The notes under the pieces: model-generated
Seen by the model: only the letters and a program-made list of their open reading frames with translations
Database searches by the model: none
What the model was told of the DNA's origin: nothing
Program-made: the position numbers and the translations under genes
In this document: piece after piece, positions 34,813-45,637 of the stretch
How the letters are laid out: every line of letters begins with the position of its first letter
How positions within the stretch are numbered: position 1 is the stretch's first letter
From: a virus
Taxonomy: Duplodnaviria; Caudoviricetes
Strand: one strand, 5' to 3'
DNA length: 64,000 nt
IMG/VR virus record: IMGVR_UViG_3300010167_000010
Coordinates: 32,001-96,000 of that record

Positions 34813-36656
34813 TAAAATTAGCGTATGAATATGAACAACTTTTAATTCAAGCCTCAGGTAATAACTTTATGGAACAAGTTGAGTCTATTAAAGGAATGGG
34901 TGCTAGATATGATTCTAAAAGAAAAATATGGACAATTGGAATAGGTAAATATAATAAAATATTAGAAGAATTGAATCAATATAAATTTGATATTTCAGTT
35001 TATGATCAACAAGAAATAGATAAATATTTTAATAATTTATTAGAATTAGATATAGTAAATAAAAGATCAAATATGAGAAAATTTAATTCTAATCTTTTAT
35101 TAATGCCGCCGTTAAAAGAATTTCAATTAACTGATATAACTATTGCATTAAATAGAAATAGATATTTATTTTCTCATGCAACTGGTTTAGGAAAAAGCTA
35201 TTGTTTAGCAGCATTATTAGTTCATTTACGACATTATAATGAAATAAATAAAGCAATAATTTTAACGTCTTCAATTGGAATATTAAATTTAGCAAATGAA
35301 TTAAAAAAGTTTATTCCAAATTATGATGAATCTAAAACTTTAATCATTAGGTCTGTTACTGAATTAAAAGATAGATTAATTTTTAAAGATGATTATGATA
35401 TAATTATATGTCAATATGATACGTTTCGTTCTATTGGAGACGCATACGATAAAAATGTTAACAATCGAAAAAAGAAAGTTAAATATAGAAAAAGCTCATT
35501 ACCACTAGGAGAATGGTTTGGTAATTTTAATGGTGCATTATTTTTAGATGAATGTCATTTATTAGGTAGCCCAGATAGTTTAAGATCTAAATTTATAAAT
35601 ATGAATTTACAGTATTTTAAATATCGTTTTCTTTTTAGCGCAACACCTTGTGATAAAGAAGAAAAAATGTATATGATATTAAAAATACTAGATAAAAAAC
35701 TTGTTAATGGAGAAGATTATTTAGGTTGGTGTGAACAGTTTTGTGTTATAGGAAATAGATGGTCTCGCTTTGGAATAAATAAAGAAACTTGGAATTATCA
35801 AAAATGGGCAGAATTACAAGAAGAACTTTATAAGCAATACGCAGTAAAACGAGAAAAAAGTTTATTACAATTAAAACCAGCATATGATGTTCCTATCATT
35901 TCTTTAAATATGACTAAAGAACATAGAGAAATATATGAAGCATTTACTTATGAAGTTATAAATGATATTAAAAATAGAAATTCTATAAATGGCGCTGGAC
36001 TTGTCGCTAATTTAAGTAATATGTTTTCTTATTTGCAATTAGCTGTCGATAATCCACTTTGTCTTTTAACTACTCCTGGATTTTCTAAGTTTGATCCAAA
36101 ATTACAACAAAAAATACAAAATTTTAATTTTGAAAAACAGTTTAGAAAATTAGACGCACTAGATGCTATTATTGAAGAAGAATGTGTAGAAAAAGATAAT
36201 AAAATAATTATATCTTATCATCATCCAAAAACTTTAGAATGTTTAAAAGATCATCTTAAAAAAGGTTTTCATGTTTTATCTGCTGATGTTCCAATGGCTG
36301 ATAGATTCCAAGTAATAGAGAATTTTAAAAAGAGCAATGAAAAAATAATTTTAGTATCTATAAATATTGGTAATACTTCATTCACTTTAGTAGAATGTAA
36401 AGCAACTGTTTTCTTTGAACGAACTTGGACTTATATAATTTATGAACAACTTCGCGGCCGAAATTATAGAATTGGTCAAGAGGATGAGGTAAGATATTAT
36501 AATATGGTCTTTAATAATAGTATAGATAATTTACAACTTAAAGCATTAGAAACTAAAGGAAAAGTTTTAGATAATTTAATAAAAAAGAATGTTTTATCTC
36601 AAGATGAGTGGAAATATATTTTTAATGCTGACCAACATATAGATAAGTTAATATAA
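34809..36656 (+). CDS. SNF2-like superfamily 2 helicase
   Basis: TGLGKS, DECH, SATP, Q.RGR.YRIGQ. Confidence 0.9.
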   Translation: MIKLAYEYEQLLIQASGNNFMEQVESIKGMGARYDSKRKIWTIGIGKYNKILEELNQYKFDISVYDQQEIDKYFNNLLELDIVNKRSNMRKFNSNLLLMPPLKEFQLTDITIALNRNRYLFSHATGLGKSYCLAALLVHLRHYNEINKAIILTSSIGILNLANELKKFIPNYDESKTLIIRSVTELKDRLIFKDDYDIIICQYDTFRSIGDAYDKNVNNRKKKVKYRKSSLPLGEWFGNFNGALFLDECHLLGSPDSLRSKFINMNLQYFKYRFLFSATPCDKEEKMYMILKILDKKLVNGEDYLGWCEQFCVIGNRWSRFGINKETWNYQKWAELQEELYKQYAVKREKSLLQLKPAYDVPIISLNMTKEHREIYEAFTYEVINDIKNRNSINGAGLVANLSNMFSYLQLAVDNPLCLLTTPGFSKFDPKLQQKIQNFNFEKQFRKLDALDAIIEEECVEKDNKIIISYHHPKTLECLKDHLKKGFHVLSADVPMADRFQVIENFKKSNEKIILVSINIGNTSFTLVECKATVFFERTWTYIIYEQLRGRNYRIGQEDEVRYYNMVFNNSIDNLQLKALETKGKVLDNLIKKNVLSQDEWKYIFNADQHIDKLI

Positions 36657-36662
36657 AATTAT

Positions 36663-37079
36663 ATGAATATAACAACATTACTTATAATTATAGCTGTTGT
36701 CAATACGTTGAATTTAATTGTTACAATATTTAATTCTATTCAAAGTAAAAAAAGATCAGCTGGAAAGGCACCAAATTTATTTGAAGATCAAACTGTAGAT
36801 CCTTTAATCACAGATTTAATGGAGTATGCATTTGATAAGGGATTACAATGTTCTATTAGACCTGGGTTAGATAACAAGTTAACATTGTATTATCATGATG
36901 AAAAAGATAATAATGAATATGCTATTACAGAATTACATACTACATCATCTAAAAAAGGTTCTTATTCTTATAATCAAATATTAAAAGAACTAACAACTAT
37001 AGTAGATGTTTTTTTAGAAAATAAAGATATAGTAAAAGAAAAAATTAAGGAAGATAAAAATGCCCCTACAGATAAATAA
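36663..37079 (+). CDS. Membrane-anchored hypothetical protein
   Basis: N-terminal TM helix. Confidence 0.55.
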   Translation: MNITTLLIIIAVVNTLNLIVTIFNSIQSKKRSAGKAPNLFEDQTVDPLITDLMEYAFDKGLQCSIRPGLDNKLTLYYHDEKDNNEYAITELHTTSSKKGSYSYNQILKELTTIVDVFLENKDIVKEKIKEDKNAPTDK

Positions 37080-37731
37080 TTTAGAATACGGTTTAATTCC
37101 ATTTGGACCTGGGTATGGTGAAAGAGGAATAATTATAGATATTGGTGAAATAAGTGATATAACTGAAGAATCAACATTAACTACTTTATTTGAAAAATTA
37201 AAAATTAAAATAAAAGAATTAGATTTAGAAAAACAATGGCTTACTGCAATTGATGGAACTAACTCTACATTTTTATTATTTAAAGGTAATAATGGAATTG
37301 AAAAAGAAGAGAATCAACCTGAGTGGGATAATTTTAATCGCCAATTATCTAAAGAATCAGTACAAATACAAATGACTTTAAAATTGAGGCCTGATCAATT
37401 AAAACCACCATTTTGTATCTGGTTTGGAAAACCAGAAAACTTTACTGGTAATAGATTATTTTATGAATATTTTAATTGTATTTATGGTATTATTGAAAAT
37501 AATTTTAATCCATTAGCTACTCAAGAAATAGTTAATCATAAATTTTCTGCTATAACTTTAATTGCAAATGAAAATTATAAATCTATAGTAGATGACCTTA
37601 ATTTAAAATATAAATTAAATAGAAAACTTTATATTATTGGAAAAAGCGAAGAACTTCAAGAGTATTGTATGATTAAAGGATATAGATATAATTATACTCT
37701 TGAAAATAAAACTTTTTTGAAGTTAATCTAA
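37060..37731 (+). CDS. Hypothetical protein
   Basis: ORF in operon. Confidence 0.55.
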   Translation: MPLQINNLEYGLIPFGPGYGERGIIIDIGEISDITEESTLTTLFEKLKIKIKELDLEKQWLTAIDGTNSTFLLFKGNNGIEKEENQPEWDNFNRQLSKESVQIQMTLKLRPDQLKPPFCIWFGKPENFTGNRLFYEYFNCIYGIIENNFNPLATQEIVNHKFSAITLIANENYKSIVDDLNLKYKLNRKLYIIGKSEELQEYCMIKGYRYNYTLENKTFLKLI

Positions 37732-37752
37732 AAATATAGGAGATTAAAAAAA

Positions 37753-38292
37753 ATGGTATATATTTTTGAAGGTGTTGATAACGTCGGAAAGGGGACACAA
37801 ATTCAAAAATTAAAAAGACATCTTGAAGAAAAGGGAGAATTAGTTCATATACTACATTACTCAAATATTAAGGGTGATAATATTGAAGAAAGATCTAAAC
37901 AGTATTATTATGAAATGTTTAATTTAATAAAGTTTGCAACATTTAATAAAATAAATTTAATATTAGATAGAGCACATGGGGGTGAAACAGTATATTCACC
38001 TATATATCGTAATTATTCTGGTGATTATATTTATGATATTGAACAAAATTTTGGAAACCGAATATTACAAAATATAACTTTATTTGTATTTACAGACGAT
38101 CCAGAAAATTTAATTGATAGAGAAGATGGTCAATCTTTTTCTACAGAATTTGAAAAGAAAAGAGATGAAATTGTTAAGTTTATAGATTTCTTTGAAAAAT
38201 CTAAAATAAAAAATAAAGCTTTAATAAATATTCAAGATATGGATATTGAACAAGTTTTTAATAAAATGAAAGAATTTATAGAGGCGAAATGA
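37753..38292 (+). CDS. dNMP kinase (thymidylate-kinase fold), possibly for modified dCMP
   Basis: EGVDNVGKGT, LDRAH.GE.VY; adjacent to the TS-like gene. Confidence 0.8.
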   Translation: MVYIFEGVDNVGKGTQIQKLKRHLEEKGELVHILHYSNIKGDNIEERSKQYYYEMFNLIKFATFNKINLILDRAHGGETVYSPIYRNYSGDYIYDIEQNFGNRILQNITLFVFTDDPENLIDREDGQSFSTEFEKKRDEIVKFIDFFEKSKIKNKALINIQDMDIEQVFNKMKEFIEAK

Positions 38293-39125
38293 GTTATAGT
38301 GTAAATGCAAGAAACTTTATTGAAGTTATTCTTGACCCCCTTTATAGGGAATTAAAAAATAATAATATAGTTAATGGGACTGTAGAAATTATTGATGCTC
38401 ATGTATTTTTTATGGCTAATGATGAGACAGCTATGGAATTAGGAACACATCGTAAAGCACAGCATAAATATATTGAGAATGAAAAAAAATGGTATTTAAG
38501 TATGGATAGATGTATTAAAGGACATCCTGGAATTGAAGATAATCAGATATGGAGTAAAATTTGTTCTGATGATGGTATAGTAAATTCGAATTATGGGTGG
38601 TGTGTATTTTCTGCAGATAATGGAACTTTAAGCAAAGGAAGTATTTATACTAATGCAGAATATGGTGGAGAACATATGTCTCAATATGATTTCGCATTAC
38701 AACAATTAAGATTAAGTCCAGAAGGAAGACAATCTATAATTTATTATTCTCGACCAGAAATGCAATGGGAATGGAATGACAATATAAATGCTAAATATGA
38801 TTTTACATGTACTATAAATACACAACATTTTATTCGTAATGGAAAATTAGATTATATTGTCAACATGAGATCTAATGATGCAATTAGAGGATTACATTGC
38901 GGAGATTTACCGTGGCATGGATATGTTTATAATAAAATGTTAGAAGATATAAATAAACATAGAGATATAAATAGTTATATTAAATCTGGTAAAATATTTT
39001 GGAATGCTGGTAGTCTTCATGTTTATAAAAGAGATTTTGAATTACTAACAAAAATAGTAGAAGAATATAGAGAATGGTATAAAGATAATCTTGGACCGAA
39101 AACTTTTCCTTTCGTAGGTGGATAA
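38289..39125 (+). CDS. Thymidylate-synthase-family dCMP-modifying enzyme (gp42-like hydroxymethylase/hydroxylase)
   Basis: VNSNYG, DFTCT, MRSND..G...D (Asp at the cytosine-specificity position), SLHVY. Confidence 0.8.
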   Translation: MSYSVNARNFIEVILDPLYRELKNNNIVNGTVEIIDAHVFFMANDETAMELGTHRKAQHKYIENEKKWYLSMDRCIKGHPGIEDNQIWSKICSDDGIVNSNYGWCVFSADNGTLSKGSIYTNAEYGGEHMSQYDFALQQLRLSPEGRQSIIYYSRPEMQWEWNDNINAKYDFTCTINTQHFIRNGKLDYIVNMRSNDAIRGLHCGDLPWHGYVYNKMLEDINKHRDINSYIKSGKIFWNAGSLHVYKRDFELLTKIVEEYREWYKDNLGPKTFPFVGG

Positions 39126-39166
39126 TTATTGGAAGAGGATATAATCAAATAAAAATACTAATTATT

Positions 39167-39838
39167 ATGAATTATAGAAAAAAATATATGAAAATAATTA
39201 GTAAAGCTAGAAAAGAAAGTAGAAGAAAAAATTGTGGAATTTATTATGAAGAACAACATATTTTACCACAAGCCATTTTTCCACTTTGGAAAAATCGTAA
39301 ATCAAATAAGATTCTTTTAACTGGAAGAGAACATTTTGAAGCACATAAATTATTAGCGAAAATTTATGGTGGTAAAATGATTAATGCTATTCATAGGATG
39401 GCGTTCGGATGTCATAAAAATAAATATAATATTACAGCTGAAGAATATGAAGAAATAAGAATTATTTGGGCACAAAGAGCACGGGAAATGAATACAGGAA
39501 AAAAACATTCTAATGAAGCAAAAATTAAATCTGGGAGATATTGGAAAGGAAGAAAAAGAAATATTGAATCTGTTAAAAAATCTGCTGATGCAAGAAGAGG
39601 TGTTTTAAGAACTGAACAACAAATTGTTAATATAAGTAAAGGGACTTCTGAAGGAATGAAAAAAGTTCCTTATGAAAAATTAGCTTATTGGAAAGGAAAA
39701 AGTTCTCCTGGAATGGCAAATATGACTGGAAAGTGTTGGTACAATAACGGTCAAATTGAAATAGCATCTTTTAATTGTCCAGATGGTTTTATAAAAGGAA
39801 GATTAAGTGGAAAAAAAAGAAAAACAAAAAAAACTTGA
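39167..39838 (+). CDS. HNH homing endonuclease with NUMOD3-like repeats
   Basis: YEEQHILP..N..LT.REHF.AH.LL; GKKHS.E.K.K. Confidence 0.8.
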   Translation: MNYRKKYMKIISKARKESRRKNCGIYYEEQHILPQAIFPLWKNRKSNKILLTGREHFEAHKLLAKIYGGKMINAIHRMAFGCHKNKYNITAEEYEEIRIIWAQRAREMNTGKKHSNEAKIKSGRYWKGRKRNIESVKKSADARRGVLRTEQQIVNISKGTSEGMKKVPYEKLAYWKGKSSPGMANMTGKCWYNNGQIEIASFNCPDGFIKGRLSGKKRKTKKT

Positions 39839-40355
39839 TAAGTTTTTTTTAGAAACAGCGGTGAAAGCTGCGGAATTTTCTTCATGTATTCGATTAAAAG
39901 TAGGGGCTGTTATAACTAAGGATAATAGAATAATTTCTACTGGTTGGAATGGAGTCTCTTCAGGTGTTCCGCATTGTAATGAATTAAATAATGAATTAAG
40001 ATTAATTAATGATGATTCTTTATATCAAATAGAAGATAGAAAAAAACATCATATATTTTCTGAACAATTTGAAATTCATGCTGAAATGAATGCTATATTA
40101 GATATGGCAAAACGCGGATTATCACCCGAAGGAGCAACACTTTATACTACAATTGCTCCTTGTACAAATTGTGCGAAGCTCGTTATAGTTTCTGGTATTA
40201 AAAGAATAGTTTATTTAAAAGAATATGATAGAGATAATAATAAATTAGATATTGAGGGAAAAACTTTGAATGATGTCTTATATAATAATTTAAACGGACC
40301 ACAAATTATAAAAGTTTTATCACCTAATGTAATTATAGAAAAATTTGAGGAATAA
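39807..40355 (+). CDS. dCMP deaminase
   Basis: VGAVI, STGWNG, HAEMNA, PCTNC. Confidence 0.92.
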   Translation: MEKKEKQKKLDKFFLETAVKAAEFSSCIRLKVGAVITKDNRIISTGWNGVSSGVPHCNELNNELRLINDDSLYQIEDRKKHHIFSEQFEIHAEMNAILDMAKRGLSPEGATLYTTIAPCTNCAKLVIVSGIKRIVYLKEYDRDNNKLDIEGKTLNDVLYNNLNGPQIIKVLSPNVIIEKFEE

Positions 40356-40358
40356 AAT

Positions 40359-40616
40359 ATGTTAGAACTTTGGTTATTCATGATAGTTTTAGTAAGTTTA
40401 TTTCATTTAATTTGTAATACACTTTGGAGAATAAAAGATCATCAAAATTGGAAGGCTACTAATTTATTTCATAATAGACTTATAAAAATACAAGAAGATT
40501 ATAATAGAATGCAACGAGATGCTCATAATACTGCAATGGCTAATCAACAAATTCAACACGAACATCTAATTAAAGCAATAGATGAAGGGAAAATTCAAGT
40601 AATAAATCCCAGTTAA
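40359..40616 (+). CDS. Small membrane-anchored protein
   Basis: N-terminal TM helix. Confidence 0.5.
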   Translation: MLELWLFMIVLVSLFHLICNTLWRIKDHQNWKATNLFHNRLIKIQEDYNRMQRDAHNTAMANQQIQHEHLIKAIDEGKIQVINPS

Positions 40617-40640
40617 TATAAAAATCAAGGAGATATAAAT

Positions 40641-41285
40641 ATGTCACAAGTTCAAACTACGCCTAGCGAATTATTAGAAGAAGCATATGAAACATTAAAA
40701 GAAAAAAAGATGGCCTCTAAACATATGAACATGATAGCTTCAGATACGGCTAAAATGCAAAAAATAGAAAAACCTATTCTTGTTAGGGTAAAAGATTATT
40801 ATCATTATCGCGGGGCTGGTTGGGAAGGAAAAGATCCTCTTAGTAGAGTTCAAGATGAAAAATTTCCAGATAGAGTAACACCAACTATGAGAAAATTATT
40901 ACAAATTGTAGATGATTTGGCAGCAGTAGGTCAATTAGATATGCTAGATGTTTATTTTGATGCTCTAAAAGCTAAAGGAATTGAAATAACTGTTTCAAAT
41001 AAAGATGTAAGAGTAAGTGATGTTGATGAAACTTGGCAAGCAGTAGAAAATATGTCAGGATTTCAATCTAAAATATGTCAATTAGCTGATGAAATTAATT
41101 TTGGTTGTACACAAGTAGCAGAAGATATAAATTTTACACCTAAACAAGAATTTAAAGGTGTTCTTAATTTATACGCTAAAAAAGAAGAAGCTAAAGATGT
41201 AGATGATATGTATCAAGATAAAGTAACTGGTTTACAAATGACAGAAACGGCTTGGAATAATGTATACGACGAAAATCTAAATTAA
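40641..41285 (+). CDS. Hypothetical protein
   Basis: RBS AAGGAG; GTTAATATA motif upstream. Confidence 0.65.
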   Translation: MSQVQTTPSELLEEAYETLKEKKMASKHMNMIASDTAKMQKIEKPILVRVKDYYHYRGAGWEGKDPLSRVQDEKFPDRVTPTMRKLLQIVDDLAAVGQLDMLDVYFDALKAKGIEITVSNKDVRVSDVDETWQAVENMSGFQSKICQLADEINFGCTQVAEDINFTPKQEFKGVLNLYAKKEEAKDVDDMYQDKVTGLQMTETAWNNVYDENLN

Positions 41286-41700
41286 GGATTATAAAAATGG
41301 AAGTTAAACTTGCTTCTCATTTAGAACAATCTCTTTGGTTAAAATATTATGAAAAATTTTTAGAAAGAGAACCTAATCAATATAAAAATGCAGCTGCTTA
41401 TGCAGATAATATTGTTATTGAATTTAAATCTAGAAATAATTATATTGATCAATATGACGATTAAAAGAGGAACAATAATGGGAACAGAAATATCTCGAAC
41501 ATTTACTGATGAACAATTATTTAATTTAGAATTGTCTATAAAAAGTATTATATTAAATGAATTAGAAAGACAAGTTTTTCCTCGTCTTTTAATAGATGCC
41601 CCAGTAATTCCATATGCTGAATTATCTAAAATAATAAATAACTTAAGAACAACACCTACTTTAAAAATAACAGAAACAGGTGTTTCAATAGGATTACCAA

Positions 41701-42330
41701 ATGAATCAATACAAAAATAAATTTATAGTTTTTGAAGGAGCTGATACGTGTGGAAAAAGTTCTACATGTGAATTATTTGTAGAACATTTAAAATCTAATA
41801 ATATAGATGTAGTAAAAACTTTTCAACCTGGAGATACTGAATGGGGTCCGTTAGCATCTTTATTTAGATCTCTATGTAAAGACAAGCGACATAATTTATC
41901 TGAATATGGTAATTTATTTGCATTTTTATTAGATAGGGCTGAATGTGTAGATAAAATAATTAGACCGGCTCTTAAAGAAGGGAAAACAGTTGTATGTGAT
42001 CGTTATACTTATAGTACAATTGCATATCAATTATACGGAAAAAATTTAATAGAAGATTTAACTTTAACTTGTGGACAAGAAATAGCAATGGCACTTCTTC
42101 AATGGTTTAAAAACCCTTATACAGATATTATTCCAGATATAGTCTATTATTTCCCAGAAAAAGTTGGAAATAGAATTAATGATATAAATGATAAATTTGA
42201 TAATGCGACTGATGATTTTAATAAAAGAGTTCAAAATGCTTATCATTTAATGTCTATAAAACATAATTGGAAAATAGTTAAACCTGGAAGTTCTGTTGAA
42301 GAAACTTTAACTAATTTGTTAGGAGTTTAA
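41701..42330 (+). CDS. tmk: Thymidylate kinase
   Basis: FEGADTCGKSS, QPG, DR, CDRY.YS..AYQ. Confidence 0.9.
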   Translation: MNQYKNKFIVFEGADTCGKSSTCELFVEHLKSNNIDVVKTFQPGDTEWGPLASLFRSLCKDKRHNLSEYGNLFAFLLDRAECVDKIIRPALKEGKTVVCDRYTYSTIAYQLYGKNLIEDLTLTCGQEIAMALLQWFKNPYTDIIPDIVYYFPEKVGNRINDINDKFDNATDDFNKRVQNAYHLMSIKHNWKIVKPGSSVEETLTNLLGV

Positions 42331-43281
42331 ATGAAAGTAATAGTAACGGGACATGCTGGCTTCATAGGAAGCCATCTTTGTGATGATCTCTTAAAAAGAG
42401 ATTATGAAGTAATTGGTATAGATAATTTTTCTAATGGAAAAGAAAAAAATATAAAACACTTACATAAAAATAAAAATTTTACGTCTATAAAAGGCGATAT
42501 TATGAAAAGGCTTCCAGGTGAAGAAGAAAAAATATTTGAAAATGTTGATGCTATTTTTCATTTCGCAGCTAATTCAGATATACAAAAATCTTCTAAAGAC
42601 CCATCAATAGATTTTCGTAATACTTTTCATATTACTGTTCAAATGCTAGATTATTGTAGAAAATATAATATAAAGAATTTTATATTTTCCAGTACTAGTG
42701 CAATTTATGGTGATACTAATAATATGAAAGTTCCGGAAAACCATGGACCACTTATTCCTCAATCACATTATGGTGCTGCTAAATTATCAGCTGAAGCTTT
42801 TATTAGTTCTTATGCAGAAAATTTCGGAATTAAATCTTGGATAATTAGGTTTCCAAATGTTTGTGGTTCTAGAATGACTCATGGGGCTATTTATGATTTT
42901 ATTAAACAATTACAATCACAAAAAGATTTAGTTAAAAATTTAAATGTATTAGGTGATGGTAAACAATGTAAACCATATATTCATGTATCTGAACTAATAA
43001 ATGCAATTATTTATATTTGGTTAAGTTCAGCACGCAAAGTAAATATATATAATGTAGCACCTGAAACACAAACTACAGTAGCTGATATTGCTAAATGGTG
43101 TGGTGATGCTTTTGGTGAAGTTAATATAAAGTTTGAAGATAAACCAATTGGTTGGACAGGTGATATAGCAAAATTTCAATATAACACAAGTAGACTACAA
43201 AAATTAGGTTTTGAATTAAAAATGACTTCTGATGAAGCTGTTAAAACATCTATACATGAATTAATTAAGGAGAAACTATGA
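42331..43281 (+). CDS. NAD-dependent nucleotide-sugar epimerase/dehydratase
   Basis: TGHAGFIG, FSSTSAIYG, YGAAK. Confidence 0.92.
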   Translation: MKVIVTGHAGFIGSHLCDDLLKRDYEVIGIDNFSNGKEKNIKHLHKNKNFTSIKGDIMKRLPGEEEKIFENVDAIFHFAANSDIQKSSKDPSIDFRNTFHITVQMLDYCRKYNIKNFIFSSTSAIYGDTNNMKVPENHGPLIPQSHYGAAKLSAEAFISSYAENFGIKSWIIRFPNVCGSRMTHGAIYDFIKQLQSQKDLVKNLNVLGDGKQCKPYIHVSELINAIIYIWLSSARKVNIYNVAPETQTTVADIAKWCGDAFGEVNIKFEDKPIGWTGDIAKFQYNTSRLQKLGFELKMTSDEAVKTSIHELIKEKL

Positions 43282-43850
43282 AAAAATACGAAGAAAATTT
43301 AGAACAATATTTCAATGAAGAAATAATGATTTTAGAACATTTAAAGAAGGATAAGAATATAGTTATCCTATTAGATCATTTATTAAATGCTAGAAATAAT
43401 TTAAGAACAATATATATTATGGGAAATGGTGGATCAGGAGCCGCCGCATCTCATTGGGTTAATGATTTTAATAAGGGAATGCATGGAACGCCACCATTTA
43501 AAATGATTTGTTTAAATGATAATATTGCAACACTTACTGCTATTGCTAATGATGATAGTTATGATAATGTTTTTGTTAAGCAATTAGAATTTAGAGTAAC
43601 AAATAACGATTTAGTAATAGGTATTTCTGGTAGTGGTAATTCTCGAAATGTAATTAAAGCAATAGATTATGCTAATGCTGTTGGAGCAATGACTTTTGCT
43701 ATAGTTGGTTTTGATGGTGGAAAATTAAAGAAAGAAGCTAAATGTGCTATTCATATAAATACTAATGAAATGGGAATATTTGAAGATTTATCTATGACTA
43801 TAGATCATGCTATATTTTATCTCTTTAAAAAAGGTTTGTTAAATGGGTAA
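43278..43850 (+). CDS. gmhA: SIS-domain phosphosugar isomerase (GmhA-like)
   Basis: GNGGSGA, TAIAND, ISGSGNS.NV. Confidence 0.85.
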   Translation: MKKYEENLEQYFNEEIMILEHLKKDKNIVILLDHLLNARNNLRTIYIMGNGGSGAAASHWVNDFNKGMHGTPPFKMICLNDNIATLTAIANDDSYDNVFVKQLEFRVTNNDLVIGISGSGNSRNVIKAIDYANAVGAMTFAIVGFDGGKLKKEAKCAIHINTNEMGIFEDLSMTIDHAIFYLFKKGLLNG

Positions 43851-45168
43851 GCGAGTTATAATTTTGGGTGGTGGGTTATCTGGAATAACTTTAGCTCATA
43901 CGCTACAAAATTATCCAGAAATAGACACTATAGATATAATAGAAAAAGAAGAAAAATTAGGTGGACTTTGTCGTTCATTTAAATCTAAAGATGGTATAGA
44001 TTACGATATAGGACCTCATATTTTCTTTTCTAAAAATAAAGATACTTTAGAATTTATGAAAGATATTATGATGCCTTATATAAATTCTTATAGACGTTCT
44101 AATCAAATAATTCATAAAAGAAAATTTGTTCAATATCCTTTTGAGAATGATTTGGGAAAATTAGACGAAGAAGAAAAAAAATATGTTCTTAGAACTTTTA
44201 ATGAAAATCCATACGAAAATTTAGAAGCAACAAATATGAGACAATTTTTTCTAAAAACATTTGGAAAAGGTATTTGTGATTTATATTTATTGCCTTATAA
44301 TGAAAAAATATGGAAATATGATTTATCATTTATGGATTTACAAATGGTTGAACGTATTCCTAAACCACCAACAGAAGATATACTTAAATCTATTAATGGT
44401 GAAACAGTTGACGGATATACACATCAATTAAATTTCTTTTATCCAGAAAAAGGAGGTTGTCAGACATTTATAGATTTATTTGTAAAAGAATTAAAACATA
44501 AGGTAAGATTTATAAAAGAAAAGGTTGTAAATATAGAAAATGGTTGTATAAATAATACATATAATTATGATATTCTAATTTCTACAATCCCATTAAATGA
44601 ATTTACTAATTTATTTCATGAAAAACCAAATGCGCCTTCTACACAAAAAACTTTATATCCAGTAAAAGAATATGGAGATAATCTAGTTTATAACGGAATA
44701 GAAATTTTTATAGTAAATGTTGAAGGTGATATTGGAGAAGAAAATTTTGCATTTATGACAGCTGATAAAAATATAGAATTTCATAGATTATCTAAATTAG
44801 ATTATTTTGGAAAAAATTATCATAAACCAGGAACTACCACATTTATGATAGAAGTTACTAAACCTAAAGAAGAATTACATTTATCTAAACATATAAATTA
44901 TATAAAACTTATGATAGAAAATGGTTTAATGAAATTATTTGGTACTGATATTAAAATAAATAATATAGATTGTAGTATGTATAATTATGCATATGTAATT
45001 AATGATATAAATCAAAAGGAGAATAAAAGAAAAATATTTGAACACTATAAACAAAAATACAAGAACATTTATTTTGCTGGTCGCTTTGGTTCATGGCAAT
45101 ATCTAAATATGGATCAAACAATTGAAAACGCTTGGAATGTAGCTAAGGAGATTAAAAATGACTTTTAG
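43843..45168 (+). CDS. FAD-dependent NDP-pyranose mutase-like (Glf/UGM-type) protein
   Basis: GGGLSG, GG.CRS, D.GPHIF, PYNEKIW, F.YP..GG, GRFGSWQY.NMDQ. Confidence 0.75.
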   Translation: MGKRVIILGGGLSGITLAHTLQNYPEIDTIDIIEKEEKLGGLCRSFKSKDGIDYDIGPHIFFSKNKDTLEFMKDIMMPYINSYRRSNQIIHKRKFVQYPFENDLGKLDEEEKKYVLRTFNENPYENLEATNMRQFFLKTFGKGICDLYLLPYNEKIWKYDLSFMDLQMVERIPKPPTEDILKSINGETVDGYTHQLNFFYPEKGGCQTFIDLFVKELKHKVRFIKEKVVNIENGCINNTYNYDILISTIPLNEFTNLFHEKPNAPSTQKTLYPVKEYGDNLVYNGIEIFIVNVEGDIGEENFAFMTADKNIEFHRLSKLDYFGKNYHKPGTTTFMIEVTKPKEELHLSKHINYIKLMIENGLMKLFGTDIKINNIDCSMYNYAYVINDINQKENKRKIFEHYKQKYKNIYFAGRFGSWQYLNMDQTIENAWNVAKEIKNDF

Positions 45169-45343
45169 ATTCGGAGAAAAAAATATAACTATAGAGGAAC
45201 TTATAGATTTAATTCCTCGATGCGGTAATGTAGATTTTACTTTAACAGGTGTAGAAGCTATGGATTTAGCAATTATTATTAAAAAACTTTATGAAGATAA
45301 TAAAATGATATATGATTCAGAAGGAGAATTTGTAAGAGAATGA
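45158..45343 (+). CDS. Hypothetical protein
   Basis: RBS AAGGAG, coupled ORF. Confidence 0.5.
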   Translation: MTFRFGEKNITIEELIDLIPRCGNVDFTLTGVEAMDLAIIIKKLYEDNKMIYDSEGEFVRE

Positions 45344-45621
45344 TAGAAATAGTTCTTGTTTCTACTTTTATTAGTTGTATTGGATTATTCTTATTAGCTG
45401 TTATTATTGAAAAAGCTTATACTTATAATAGACATAAAACTAAAAAAGTTATATTTAAAAAAGTAGAAAAAGAACGTTATATAAAACCAATAGAACAGAT
45501 AAAGGAACAGGAAATTAAAAAAGTGGAATTTAATTTTGATGACTTTGTAGATTTTTCTGTTCCTGATAAAACAGAAAAAATAGATAATATAGATATGTTT
45601 AATTTAGGTGAATTTAAGTAG
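45340..45621 (+). CDS. Small membrane-anchored protein
   Basis: N-terminal TM helix. Confidence 0.5.
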   Translation: MIEIVLVSTFISCIGLFLLAVIIEKAYTYNRHKTKKVIFKKVEKERYIKPIEQIKEQEIKKVEFNFDDFVDFSVPDKTEKIDNIDMFNLGEFK

Positions 45622-45637
45622 AGGTTAATGTATTAAA

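Noticed and set aside
38289-39125. Ordinary thymidylate synthase ThyA
   Set aside because: Asp rather than Asn at the specificity position and a gp42-like VNSNYG/DFxCT pattern
39167-39838. Intron-encoded endonuclease
   Set aside because: Both flanking genes appear complete, so it is free-standing
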